64,000 nucleotides of DNA from Flavobacteriaceae bacterium (GCA_045047075.1 JASFYP010000022.1:23654-87653), one strand, 5' to 3'. Counted from the stretch's first letter, positions 8,402 to 19,032 are shown. Numbers and translations: made by a program. The notes: generated by a model from the sequence alone, not told the origin.

Positions 8402-9481
8402 GTGTACGTAATTTTAGATATAGAAACCACTGGAGGAAAATATAATGAGGAGGGAATCACTGAAATTGCTGCCTATAAATTTGATGGTCACGAAATTGTT
8501 GACCAACTAATTACACTTGTAAATCCTGAAAAAGAAATTCAACCTTTTGTTGTTCGTCTCACAGGTATTAATAATGGGATGCTTAAAAATGCACCCAAAT
8601 TTCATGAAATTGCAAAACGGATTGTTGAGTTTACTGAAGATGCTATTATGGTTGCACACAATGCAAATTTTGATTATCGCATTTTAAAAACAGAATTTAG
8701 ACGTTTAGGTTTTGACTTTAAGAGAGAAACGCTATGCACCGTTGAGCTTACCAAAAAATTAATTCCTGATTTAGAATCTTATAGTTTAGGTAAATTGTGC
8801 AAAATCCTTTGTATCCCTGTTTCTAACAGGCATAGAGCAGAAGGTGATGCCTTAGCTACTGTTAAATTATTTAAATTGTTGATTGATAAAGATGTTGATA
8901 AAGAAATCATTAAAAGTAATATTAAACAGGGTGTAGAAAAAGAACTTCCTTCAAAATTGCAAAGCATCTTAGATGATGTCCCATCAAAAACAGGCGTTTT
9001 TTATGCACATAAAGAAAATGGAGATATCCTATATATTGGAGAAGGAAAAAATATGAAGAGAAGTGTAAATAAACTCTTTTTAAAAACTTCAAAAAAAGGA
9101 AAACTGTTACAAGAATCTTTAAGCTCTGTTTCTTATGAAGAAACTGGAAACGATTTAATAGGAAAGCTAAAATATTACAACGAGTTGATGATTAATAAAC
9201 CAAATTTTAATTTTTACTTCCCTAAAAAAGTGGGTGCAACAGCCTTAAGTAATCCTAACTTACTCATTATAGATAAGGGGCGACATACCGGAGAAAAATC
9301 AGTAGTACTTGTTGAAAATGATAAACTACTGGGTTACTGCTTTGTTGACTTGGCTTACCAAATAGAGCATATCGAAGTATTAAAATCGTTGTTAACTCCT
9401 ATAAAAAATAGTCAAATGAATCGACATGTTTTTAAAACCTATCTGCAAAAAAATAAAGTAGAAAAAATTGTTAGATTTTAA
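8402..9481 (+). CDS. DEDDh 3'-5' exonuclease (DNA Pol III epsilon-like) with degenerate GIY-YIG domain
   Basis: LDIETTG, VAHNANFD, HRAEGDA; then GVFY...LYIG. Confidence 0.85.
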   Translation: MYVILDIETTGGKYNEEGITEIAAYKFDGHEIVDQLITLVNPEKEIQPFVVRLTGINNGMLKNAPKFHEIAKRIVEFTEDAIMVAHNANFDYRILKTEFRRLGFDFKRETLCTVELTKKLIPDLESYSLGKLCKILCIPVSNRHRAEGDALATVKLFKLLIDKDVDKEIIKSNIKQGVEKELPSKLQSILDDVPSKTGVFYAHKENGDILYIGEGKNMKRSVNKLFLKTSKKGKLLQESLSSVSYEETGNDLIGKLKYYNELMINKPNFNFYFPKKVGATALSNPNLLIIDKGRHTGEKSVVLVENDKLLGYCFVDLAYQIEHIEVLKSLLTPIKNSQMNRHVFKTYLQKNKVEKIVRF

Positions 9482-9510
9482 TAAAACTATCAATTAGCCA
9501 ACAAAGATTT

Positions 9511-11478
9511 ATGAAAAAAATTGCAATCATCCTTCTATTCTTTTTGTGTTTTCAAGCATTTAGTCAAAAGAAAAATGACGATTATGAATTTGGAAATGTA
9601 AGCCCACTAGAATTAAATATGACTGTTTATGAAAAAGATACTACTGCCAATGCTGTTGTTTTATATGAGCATAGTTTTTCAAAATTTATTAAGAAAAATA
9701 ATCGAATACATTTGCAAACTACAGTTTACAGGAAAATAAAATTTCTAAACAACCGTGGTTTCAAAAATGCTACAGTTGAATTAAACTTGTTTAAAATTAA
9801 ACATGTAAAAGAAAAAGTCTATAAAATAAAGGGGGTTACCCACAATGGCAAAAATAAAACCTATTTAAAAGAACAAAATATTTTTAATACTGAGCCTCGA
9901 ACAAACTTATTAAAAACTACGTTCACATTACCAAATGTAAAAGATGGCAGCGTAATAGAATATACTTATACAATTGAATCGCCCTATATTTATAAACTAA
10001 AGAGTTGGCATTTCCAATCGTCAATTCCAAAAGTGAAAAGCATTTTTGTTGCTAAGATTCCGCAAAAATTTTTCTACAATAGAAAATTAATTGGTGATTT
10101 ACAATTGGTAGAAAATTCTGCAGATATTCAAAAAAAATGCTTTTATGTTTCTGGTGAAGACTCAAAAGCATATGCGTGTGAAGTTCTAAGATACAGCATG
10201 GAGAATATCCCTGCATTTATTACAGAATATTATTTAACTTCAAAAAAAAACTATATTGCTCGTATTGAATTTGAATTATCGCAATACAGAAAGGACTTAG
10301 GTGCAACAAGAATATATTCATCAACATGGAAATATGTTGAAGATAACATAAATAAATATTTTGGGAGTCAACTAAATAAAACTAATTATTTTAAAAATGA
10401 AATACCTCTATATATCTTATCAGAAAAAAACAAATTAGAAAGAGCTAAAAAAGTTTACTTCTTTATTCAAAATCATTTTAATTGGAATAATCAAAATTGG
10501 AATCAATCTGAAATATATGTCAAGGATGCATTTAAAAAGGGTGTAGGGTCTGTAGATGAAATTAACATATCTCTTATTAATTCCCTTAATGCTGCCGGAA
10601 TTGATTCAAAATTAACTCTCTTATCTACTAGGAAAAATGGTATTCCAGTAAAAACATATCCCGTAATTTCTGATTTTAATTATATTATTGCAAAAATTGA
10701 AGTTGATGGTAAATCTATATTTTTAGATGCTACAGATAAATCATTGCCTTTTGGAGTCCTTCCTTTTAGATGTTTGAACGGAGATGCTAGAGTTATGGAT
10801 TTTAAAAACGGCAGCTATTGGGAAGAAGTAAAACCAATAGATGATACAAAGCTAAAAATTAATATGCTACTTCAATTAAACAAGAATGACGAAGCTATTA
10901 AAGGTAAATTAAGAATTACTCGTTATGGGTATGAAGCTTTAGATTCACGAAAAAAATACAATTTACTTAAGGAAAAAAAATATTTATCAAATATTGAAGA
11001 GCGAAATGAAAATATTTTAATTGAGAGCTATTTAAACAAAAACCTCGATGAAAAAGAAAAACCATTTATTGAGAAATTTGAAATTACAATTGAAAATGAC
11101 AATACTATTGGAGATAAAATAATTTTAACCCCTTTCTTTATCAACCCTCTAAAAGAGAATCCTTTTAAATTAGAATCACGTTTATATCCTGTAGATTTTG
11201 GGTATCCAATAAAAAATAATTTTGTTATCACTATTGTCATACCAGAAAATTACATAGTAGAGTCTATGCCTACAAATAAAAATATTGCATTGCCAAATAA
11301 TAAAGGGATGCTTAACTATTCATCAAATCATGAGAATAATAAAATAAGTATCAATTTTAAATACGCAATTAATGCCACGGTGTTTAAGAGTGATGAATAC
11401 CTAAATTTAAAAGAGTTTTTCAATCAGATAATACTTTCACAATCCGAACCTATTATTTTAATTAAACAGACCCGTTAA
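9511..11478 (+). CDS. Secreted DUF3857 / transglutaminase-like domain protein (paralogue 1)
   Basis: Signal peptide, DTTANAVVLYE, LPNVKDGSVIEY.Y, W.FQ..IP, LSTR.NG, LDAT, YPVDFGYP. Confidence 0.85.
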   Translation: MKKIAIILLFFLCFQAFSQKKNDDYEFGNVSPLELNMTVYEKDTTANAVVLYEHSFSKFIKKNNRIHLQTTVYRKIKFLNNRGFKNATVELNLFKIKHVKEKVYKIKGVTHNGKNKTYLKEQNIFNTEPRTNLLKTTFTLPNVKDGSVIEYTYTIESPYIYKLKSWHFQSSIPKVKSIFVAKIPQKFFYNRKLIGDLQLVENSADIQKKCFYVSGEDSKAYACEVLRYSMENIPAFITEYYLTSKKNYIARIEFELSQYRKDLGATRIYSSTWKYVEDNINKYFGSQLNKTNYFKNEIPLYILSEKNKLERAKKVYFFIQNHFNWNNQNWNQSEIYVKDAFKKGVGSVDEINISLINSLNAAGIDSKLTLLSTRKNGIPVKTYPVISDFNYIIAKIEVDGKSIFLDATDKSLPFGVLPFRCLNGDARVMDFKNGSYWEEVKPIDDTKLKINMLLQLNKNDEAIKGKLRITRYGYEALDSRKKYNLLKEKKYLSNIEERNENILIESYLNKNLDEKEKPFIEKFEITIENDNTIGDKIILTPFFINPLKENPFKLESRLYPVDFGYPIKNNFVITIVIPENYIVESMPTNKNIALPNNKGMLNYSSNHENNKISINFKYAINATVFKSDEYLNLKEFFNQIILSQSEPIILIKQTR

Positions 11479-11489
11479 CTATTTATTAT

Positions 11490-13454
11490 ATGAAAAAAAT
11501 TGTAACCATACTCCTACTCTTTTCCTTTTGCTATCTATCATACAGTCAAAAGAAAAATGACGATTATGAATTTGGGAAAGTAACACAGGAAGAACTAGAC
11601 TTAACTATCTATGAAAAAGATACCACTGCCAATGCTGTTGTCTTATACGAATATGGATCTTCAAAATTTATAGAAAAAGGAAGTAGTATTATATTACAGA
11701 CTACACATTACAAAAAAGTAAAAATATTTAATGCCGCTGGATATAAAAATGCCACAATAAAAATTAAGCTTTATTACAACGACAGGTCTAAAGAACATGT
11801 AAATAAAATAAAAGGGGTTACACATAATGGCACTCAAGTTTCTAAATTAAAAAAGAGTGAAATTTTTAAAACAAAACTTTCTGATAGATATAACCAAACA
11901 TCTTTTACACTCCCGAATGTACATGATGGAAGTGTAATAGAATATTATTATGTGGTAGAAACACCATTTTTTTTCAGACTTAAAGGATGGAATTTTCAAT
12001 CGTCAATACCAAAAGTAGAAAGCGTTTTTAATGCAAAAATACCTGGTAAATTTTTATATAATAGAAAAATGGTCGGCACATTGAAATTGACAGAAAACAA
12101 GGCAAGTATAAAAACTAAATGCTATACAGTTACAGGAGATCAGCATATTTATGATTGTGAGGTTCTAAGATATAGCATGAAAGATATTCCTGCTTTTATT
12201 GAAGAAGAACACATGACTGCTACAAGAAATTTTAGATCTAGAATTGCATTTGAATTGTCAGAATATGTACAATATGATGGTCATGTAAAGAAATATACAT
12301 CCACGTGGAAATCGGTTGATAAAGATATTAAACGTAACGATGATATTGGTGGGCAGCTTAATAAAAAATCTTATTTTGAAAATGAGTTGCCCTCAGAAAT
12401 ATTTGATGAAAGAAGTTATTTAAAACGTGCAAAAAAAGTCTATTACCACATTCAAAACCATTTTCATTGGAACGACTATTATTGGAATAAAAAAAATACT
12501 AGTGTTAAAAAAGCATATAAAGAAGGTGTTGGTGCAGTTGATGAAATAAATTTAGCATTAATAAATGCTTTAGATGCAGCGGGTATTGATGCTAAATTAG
12601 TCATGCTATCTACAAGAGCTAATGGGGTGCCTACTAAAATCCATCCTGTAATAGCTGAATTCAATTATATCATTGTAAAAATTAAAATAGGGAATAAATC
12701 ATATTTCTTAGATGCCACTGATAAAAATTTGCCCTTTGGTGTCTTGCCTTATCGATGTTTAAATGGTGATGCAAGAGTTATGGATTTTAAAAATGGGAGT
12801 TATTGGGAAACTATAAAACCCATTACTACAACTCACAAAAAAACTTTTATGATATTGACTTTAGATGATGAAGGCGTTTTAGAAGGAAAAATGAGAGTGA
12901 CTCATTTTGGCTATGATGCAATTAAAAAGCGCAAAGAAATTAAAACAAAAAAAGAAGATAAATATTTAGAAAACTTAGAGGACATTAATGAAGGTTTAGA
13001 AGTAGTTTCATACAAGAGCATAAATCTAAATGAGATTGAAAAACCATTGATAGAAGAGTTTGATTTGATTATTGAGGGAGATGGAAGTATTGGAGATAAA
13101 TTTTACCTCTACCCTTTTTTTTTTGATCGCTTAGAAGAAAATCCTTTTAAATTAGAATCTAGGCAATATCCTGTTGATTTTGGATATTCTTGGAAATCTG
13201 ATTTTGCATTAACAATAAATATTCCTGAAGGTTTTGAAGTAGAAACTATGCCAAAAAGTAAAAGCATGGCATTGCCTAACAAAAAAGGGTATTTTATGTT
13301 TAGTACAACTGTAAAAAATCAAAAAATAAGTTTAAGCTTTAAATTTATTCTGGATAATCCCTATTTTTACAGTAATGAATATGCTTATTTAAAAGAACTA
13401 TATAAGCAAATGATTATCATTCAAAATGAACCTATTGTTCTAAAAAGATTATAA
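11490..13454 (+). CDS. Secreted DUF3857 / transglutaminase-like domain protein (paralogue 2)
   Basis: Same motif set as the upstream paralogue, colinear over the full length. Confidence 0.85.
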   Translation: MKKIVTILLLFSFCYLSYSQKKNDDYEFGKVTQEELDLTIYEKDTTANAVVLYEYGSSKFIEKGSSIILQTTHYKKVKIFNAAGYKNATIKIKLYYNDRSKEHVNKIKGVTHNGTQVSKLKKSEIFKTKLSDRYNQTSFTLPNVHDGSVIEYYYVVETPFFFRLKGWNFQSSIPKVESVFNAKIPGKFLYNRKMVGTLKLTENKASIKTKCYTVTGDQHIYDCEVLRYSMKDIPAFIEEEHMTATRNFRSRIAFELSEYVQYDGHVKKYTSTWKSVDKDIKRNDDIGGQLNKKSYFENELPSEIFDERSYLKRAKKVYYHIQNHFHWNDYYWNKKNTSVKKAYKEGVGAVDEINLALINALDAAGIDAKLVMLSTRANGVPTKIHPVIAEFNYIIVKIKIGNKSYFLDATDKNLPFGVLPYRCLNGDARVMDFKNGSYWETIKPITTTHKKTFMILTLDDEGVLEGKMRVTHFGYDAIKKRKEIKTKKEDKYLENLEDINEGLEVVSYKSINLNEIEKPLIEEFDLIIEGDGSIGDKFYLYPFFFDRLEENPFKLESRQYPVDFGYSWKSDFALTINIPEGFEVETMPKSKSMALPNKKGYFMFSTTVKNQKISLSFKFILDNPYFYSNEYAYLKELYKQMIIIQNEPIVLKRL

Positions 13455-13457
13455 ACA

Positions 13458-14309
13458 ATGCCAGAGCATGAAAAATCATATCCCAAATGGAAATATAAGC
13501 TTCATGAAATTATTTATGAAGCCGATACACCTGAAGGTAAGTTTTTTGATATTGCTTTACTCATTGCCATTCTACTAAGTATTATAGTTGTAATGCTAGA
13601 GAGTGTTACTTCAATTGACCAGCAATACCACCAACTTTTTAATATCTCTGAGTGGGTGATTACCATCCTATTTACCATTGAATATATTGCAAGAATCATC
13701 TCAATTAAAAAACCACGTGTCTATATTTTTAGCTTTTTTGGCATTGTAGATTTATTATCAACCATTCCAAAATACCTCTCATTCTTTTTTGTAGGTTCTC
13801 ATGCTTTGGTCGCTTTAAGAGCTTTGAGGTTGTTAAGAATTTTCAGGATTTTAAAATTAGTCCGCTACTTAGGAGCTTCTGATAAACTGACAAAAGCACT
13901 GATGGCTAGTAGAGCAAAAATATTTGTGTTTTTATTTGCTGTAATTATTTTGTGTTCCATATTAGGAACCGTGATGTATTTGGTTGAAGGCAATAGCGAT
14001 AGCGGATTTACTAGTATTCCGAGATCTATTTATTGGGCAATAGTAACCTTAACAACCGTGGGATATGGCGACATACATCCTATCACTCCTTTAGGGCAAT
14101 TAATTGCTTCTATGATTATGATTTTAGGTTATGGAATTATAGCCATACCAACTGGAATTGTAAGTGCAGAATATGTAAAGAGTGTTGAAAAAATCCCTGT
14201 GCATACCAACTCGCAAGCATGCTCAACTTGTAATGCTACCAAACATGCAGATAATGCAGAATATTGTTTTAAATGTGGTAGTGAATTGAACTCTTACGAT
14301 GAAGCATAA
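13458..14309 (+). CDS. Voltage-gated potassium channel-type ion transporter with C-terminal zinc ribbon
   Basis: S4 helix ALRALRLLRIFRILK, filter TTVGYGD, C-terminal CxxC...CxxC. Confidence 0.92.
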   Translation: MPEHEKSYPKWKYKLHEIIYEADTPEGKFFDIALLIAILLSIIVVMLESVTSIDQQYHQLFNISEWVITILFTIEYIARIISIKKPRVYIFSFFGIVDLLSTIPKYLSFFFVGSHALVALRALRLLRIFRILKLVRYLGASDKLTKALMASRAKIFVFLFAVIILCSILGTVMYLVEGNSDSGFTSIPRSIYWAIVTLTTVGYGDIHPITPLGQLIASMIMILGYGIIAIPTGIVSAEYVKSVEKIPVHTNSQACSTCNATKHADNAEYCFKCGSELNSYDEA

Positions 14310-15210
14310 CTATTTAATTAGCATTGTAGGGGCGACTGCAATAGGTAAAACAGCAATGAGTATTCAATTGGCTCAACATTTTAATGCTCCTATAATTTCA
14401 TCAGATTCTAGACAGTTTTTTAAAGAAATGAAAATTGGTACTGCGGTACCTTCTGTTGATGAATTAAATTCTGCACCTCATTATTTTATTCAAAACAGAT
14501 CAATTCACGATGACTATAACGTGGGACAATTTGAACGTGATGCATTAAAAAAATTGGATGAATTGTTTAAAGAACATGACGTTGTAATTATGGTTGGCGG
14601 CAGTGGTTTGTATGTAGATGCCGTTATAAATGGTTTGGATTATTTTCCTGATGTTGACCCAAATATTCGAAAACAACTGAATTCAGAACTCACAGAAAAA
14701 GGCTTAATTTCATTGCAAGCAAAACTTAAGGAATTGGATTTAGAGAGCTATGAGTCTATCGCAATTGAAAATCCACATAGAGTTATGAGAGCTTTAGAAA
14801 TTTGTATTGGTACTGGTAAGCCTTACTCCTATTTTAAAAACAAACCTAAAGCAGTTAGAGACTTTACGTCTATTAAAATTGGCTTAAATGCCGATAGAGC
14901 ATTGATGTATGAGCGTATCAATATGCGTGTAGATATTATGCTAGAAAAAGGGCTGTTAGAAGAAGTAAAATCGCTTCATCAACACAAAGAATTAAATGCC
15001 TTACAAACTGTAGGCTACCGAGAATTATTTTCTTATTTGGATGGCAATTGTGACTTAGAGTTTGCCATTTCGGAAATTAAAAAGAATACGCGCCGTTTTG
15101 CAAAAAGACAAATAACTTGGTTTAAAAGAGACCCAGAAATCACTTGGTTTGATTTTAAGACCAATGCCAATGAAATAATAGAGTTCACAAATTCAATGAT
15201 GAAAAAATGA
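14299..15210 (+). CDS. miaA: tRNA dimethylallyltransferase
   Basis: GATAIGKT, SDSRQ, GTA.P, VGGSGLY, QTVGYRE, TRRFAKRQ.TWF. Confidence 0.96.
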   Translation: MKHNYLISIVGATAIGKTAMSIQLAQHFNAPIISSDSRQFFKEMKIGTAVPSVDELNSAPHYFIQNRSIHDDYNVGQFERDALKKLDELFKEHDVVIMVGGSGLYVDAVINGLDYFPDVDPNIRKQLNSELTEKGLISLQAKLKELDLESYESIAIENPHRVMRALEICIGTGKPYSYFKNKPKAVRDFTSIKIGLNADRALMYERINMRVDIMLEKGLLEEVKSLHQHKELNALQTVGYRELFSYLDGNCDLEFAISEIKKNTRRFAKRQITWFKRDPEITWFDFKTNANEIIEFTNSMMKK

Positions 15211-16040
15211 TGAAAAAATTAAAACCATTTTTTAAAAGAGTCTTAAAACTTACTTTTCGATTTTTATTAATTGTTATGGTTTTAGGTGTTTCAGGATATT
15301 TTTATGTGTATCTAAATCAAGAAAAATTCTTCTTTCAACCAAAAGTACTAGCGAAAGATTATCAATATCAATTCGACACCAAATTTGAAGAATTCGATAT
15401 TGAAGTTTCACCAGATGTAAAATTAAATTCTTTGCTGTTTAAGGCAAACGATTCTGCTAAGGGTTTAATTTTATATTTTCATGGAAATGCTGGAGCACTT
15501 CATGAATGGGGCTTGAGAGCTTCTTTATATACTAATAATAATTATGATTTACTGATGGTAGATTATCGTGGCTATGGCAAAAGTGATGGTTTTTATTCTG
15601 ATGAAGCACAAATTTATAATGACGCACAAAAAGTGTATGACTATGCAAAGACTAAATACAAAGAAAAAGATATTATTGTTTTAGGATTTTCTCTTGGCTC
15701 TGGATTTGCTGCCTATGTAGCTTCTCAAAACAATCCGAAATTATTGATATTAGAAGCACCTTATTATGCTTGGAACGAATCAATTTCTAACATTGCTCCT
15801 TTTCCTAAATGGATGGTTAATTATGAGATACCCACTTATAAATTCCTAAAAAGTGTTTCAAGTCCAATTAAGATATATTATGGTAGTAGAGATTTTTTAA
15901 TTGATCCTGAAAAGAATGCAATACCGTTAAAGAAATTATATCCTAAAAAGATTGATGTTACAGTCATCGACTTTGCGGGTCACAACGGAATTTATATTAC
16001 AAAACAGTATCATGATATTTTAGGGGAGTTGTTAGAATAA
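15207..16040 (+). CDS. Alpha/beta hydrolase with N-terminal membrane anchor
   Basis: YFHGNAG, DYRGYG.S, GFSLG nucleophile elbow, GHN. Confidence 0.88.
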   Translation: MMKKLKPFFKRVLKLTFRFLLIVMVLGVSGYFYVYLNQEKFFFQPKVLAKDYQYQFDTKFEEFDIEVSPDVKLNSLLFKANDSAKGLILYFHGNAGALHEWGLRASLYTNNNYDLLMVDYRGYGKSDGFYSDEAQIYNDAQKVYDYAKTKYKEKDIIVLGFSLGSGFAAYVASQNNPKLLILEAPYYAWNESISNIAPFPKWMVNYEIPTYKFLKSVSSPIKIYYGSRDFLIDPEKNAIPLKKLYPKKIDVTVIDFAGHNGIYITKQYHDILGELLE

Positions 16041-16121
16041 GACAAAAGACCGCTTCGCTTTCCGTCTTCATGAACAAGTTACGTGTGTGGATAGCTCAAA
16101 AATAAGAGTAAAAAACAGTAT

Positions 16122-16161
16122 GAGATTGCCACAGTAAATTTTCAATTTACTTCGCAAAGAC
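16122..16161. repeat. REP-like half element (GAGATTGC ... TCGCAA.GAC family)
   Basis: gagattgccaca-gtaaatt-ttc-aatttac-ttcgcaaagac with internal hairpin; same ends as 22345-22380. Confidence 0.6.
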
Positions 16162-16188
16162 AGCTTAGAGAAATACTAATAGTCTAAA

Positions 16189-18559
16189 TCAATCTTCTTT
16201 TACAATTCTTCTATTTGGCACAGGTGGTTCTAATCCTATTTCTCTAAGTTTAGAAAATATTTTTAACGATATATCATGTTTTGAATTTAATGCCTCAGAA
16301 AAGGTAGTCCAATACCACAATTCAAATTTCAAGTTACCATCCTCATCAAATCCCTTAAAGTAGGTAAATGGTTTAGGGTCTTTAAATACTGCAAAATGAT
16401 TTTTTCCTATTTCATTTGAAAATTCTAAAATTTCTTCAGGATTTACATTTGATGCTGTTCTAAACAATACTTTTGATTTCCTATCTCGATTACTCAAAGT
16501 CCAATTTACTACTTTTTTAGAAATCAAATCACCATTAGGTATAATTGCTTCATACCCATCATAGGTTTTAATATTACTAGAACGTACGCCAATATTTGTT
16601 ACTACACCAAATTCACCATCTACTTCAATAGTATCGCCAATATTAATTGGTCGCTCGAAAGCTAAAATTAAGCCTGAAATAAAATTGAGCACTATATTTT
16701 GCAAACCAAATCCAATACCAACACCCAAAGCACCTATTATAAATCCGAGCTTACTTAAATCAATTCCTGCAGAAGTAACTCCTACATAAAAACCAATCCC
16801 AATTAATCCTATTCTTAAAACAAGTGAAATTCCAGGAGCGATTCCTCTAGGTAATATAGATACCATCCATTCATCTAGAAAAATGGATGCTACTAATTTT
16901 GCTATTAAAATGGTGATGGTGAAGATTGTTAAAAAAGAAAGGATTCCGCCCAAGGAAATTATTGTTTCTCCAAGCATCCAAGTTAAATGCAAAGATTTAT
17001 CAACCCATGCCATTAAAAACTCCAATACTTCAAATCCTTTTACGGTAAAGAGCAACCAAATAAACATACCTGCCCAAAATAAAATAGGCTGAAATCTTTT
17101 ATGGGTAGCATCTACAATTGTTGCGACCGCTTGTAATTCAAATTTTGTTCTTAGCTTAAACAGTAATACAATAATACTTGTAATTATTTTGACTGATGTG
17201 TAAAGAACCATCAATAAAACAATAGATGTTAATACTCCTTTGAATAGAAATCTCGACAAGCCCACCATACCAATAATATTGGTAATAAATGCCACTATCA
17301 AAACCGACATATAAAATGGAGCTACGAATCTATAAATCTTATTGATTCGAATAAAGTCTTCAGGGTTTTCTTTGATTAATTTTTTACTTTTTCTTAAAAT
17401 AATGTATAGTATCACTATTCGTAACAACAATACAATCCTAGATGAAAAAGAGCCGAATTCTAAATAAGTTGCTCCTATACCAGTTAAATAAACAAGTAGA
17501 ATTCCGACTAAATAAATAACAAATCTAGAATGGGTTAGTCTAGGTAAGATCCTAATAACTCCAAAGAATATAATGAGTATAAAAAACTCAGTAACATTCG
17601 GGATTAATGCTTCATAGAAAAAAGCCGAAATTAAAACACCAACAACTGCTGTTGAAGCGTATGGGTTTTTTAATATTATTTTTGATTGTATCTCAACTGG
17701 ATTCGATAAATCTTTCAACTTTACAATCCATCGCTTCTTTACGTTAATCAATAATAAAAAAATCAAAAATCGCTTTTTTGTTAGTCTGAAGTTGTTCTAT
17801 AAAACTCTTTCTTTCTAATTTAGAATTCGCAGTTTGTGCCTTCGCAACAGAATCAGTCTTCTTCCATATTGGGTTGCTATCCACAACAAAGTAATCCTTT
17901 TTAAAAGTTAGCTCAACATCGTCTAATTTTGCTAATACTTCATCTGTAATTAAAATAATCTCAGTCAACTTATTGTCAATAGAATAAATAGCTTTCAACC
18001 TAAAAGTTGCCATGTCAAGAACTTCAGCAAGGTTTGCTATGATTCCGTCTAAATTCTCAAAAATCGAATTAGAGCTTATGTTTTTAGTAAGCTCATCTTT
18101 AGTGAATTTCCATTTATCAATTTCAACAATAATTTTATCACTAACCTCACTAATTTCTTCTATCCTACTGTTTATTCTTTTTTGATATCCTTTTAAATTA
18201 GATCTATAGTTTTGCCATTTTACTTTTTTTATTTTTAAATCTCGTCTAGAAATAGTTCCTATTTCTAGCAGTAGTGAATCTCTACGAATATTAATTTCTT
18301 TATAGCTGATGGCAAGCAGCGAATCTACTTCTACAACCGTACCGTTAGGAACCAATATATCTTTATATCCAGATAACTGTTGATTTACCCTTTCACTTTC
18401 TTCAGAAATATCATTAATAGTAATAGCTGCTTTTTTTACCTTAACCTCATTTTCGTTTTTGGTTTCTTCTTGTGCGTTGAGATTAAATGCAAATAGTATT
18501 AAAAAAAATAGTATTGTAGAAAAATATTTTGTTGGAATAGATAAAAAAGGGCGATACAT
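16189..18559 (-). pseudogene. MscS-family mechanosensitive channel, split into two ORFs (17744-18559 N-terminal helical part, 16189-17766 membrane/MscS part)
   Basis: C-part has LGVGIGFGLQ, NFISGLIL.FERP...GD, IG.RS...T.DG...IIPN; N-part has signal peptide and coiled helices; the frames overlap at a T7 tract. Confidence 0.7.
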
Positions 18560-18611
18560 AATTGCAGTTTAAAAGAAATAGCAATATAGTTTAAAATAAA
18601 TTTAGATAAAA

Positions 18612-18915
18612 TCATAAAGGAAACTACTTATCACAAGTAGTTTCCTTTGACAAATTAAATGCATTTTATTGGCATGTACTCAACCTTTACTTGATTGATT
18701 GTACTACTAAAGTTGTGGAGACTAGTCAACACCAAATGGCATTGCGATATTTTTTAAAAAAATCCCCGTTGTTGGAAAAATTATGGGACACCTTTCTGTT
18801 TTGATTAGAGTAAAATAAAACGGCTTTAACAAGCTAATTGAAAAAGACAACTATTTGGGGTTACCTATCAAAGCCGTTTATTCAGGGGTTAATCTTTTAT
18901 GCTTTCATTCTAATT
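18612..18915 (-). ncRNA. Candidate structured small RNA (unassigned)
   Basis: TACATTTG -7 element at 18922-18929, long stem aataaacggcttt / aaagccgttttatt, ends at hairpin 18616-18648, no long ATG-initiated ORF found. Confidence 0.4.
18616..18648. terminator. Intrinsic terminator-like hairpin
   Basis: aaaggaaactact / agtagtttccttt perfect 13-bp stem. Confidence 0.7.
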
Positions 18916-19032
18916 ATGGTACAAATGTATCATTAGCTTTTATCCCAAAATTGATTATTTATGTGAAGTGACTCAACTTATAGGTGAAATGTCTTTTTAA
19001 ATATGTGAATTGATTTTTTAAATTTCAATCAT

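Noticed and set aside
13115-13124. T10 tract inside the second DUF3857 gene (also G7 in purL near 53822)
   Set aside because: The frame is intact and homopolymers are expected in an AT-rich genome; no evidence of phase variation.
18610-18803. Stop-free plus-strand frame within the sRNA candidate region
   Set aside because: No start codon until the last ~22 codons and no plus-strand promoter seen; likely chance.
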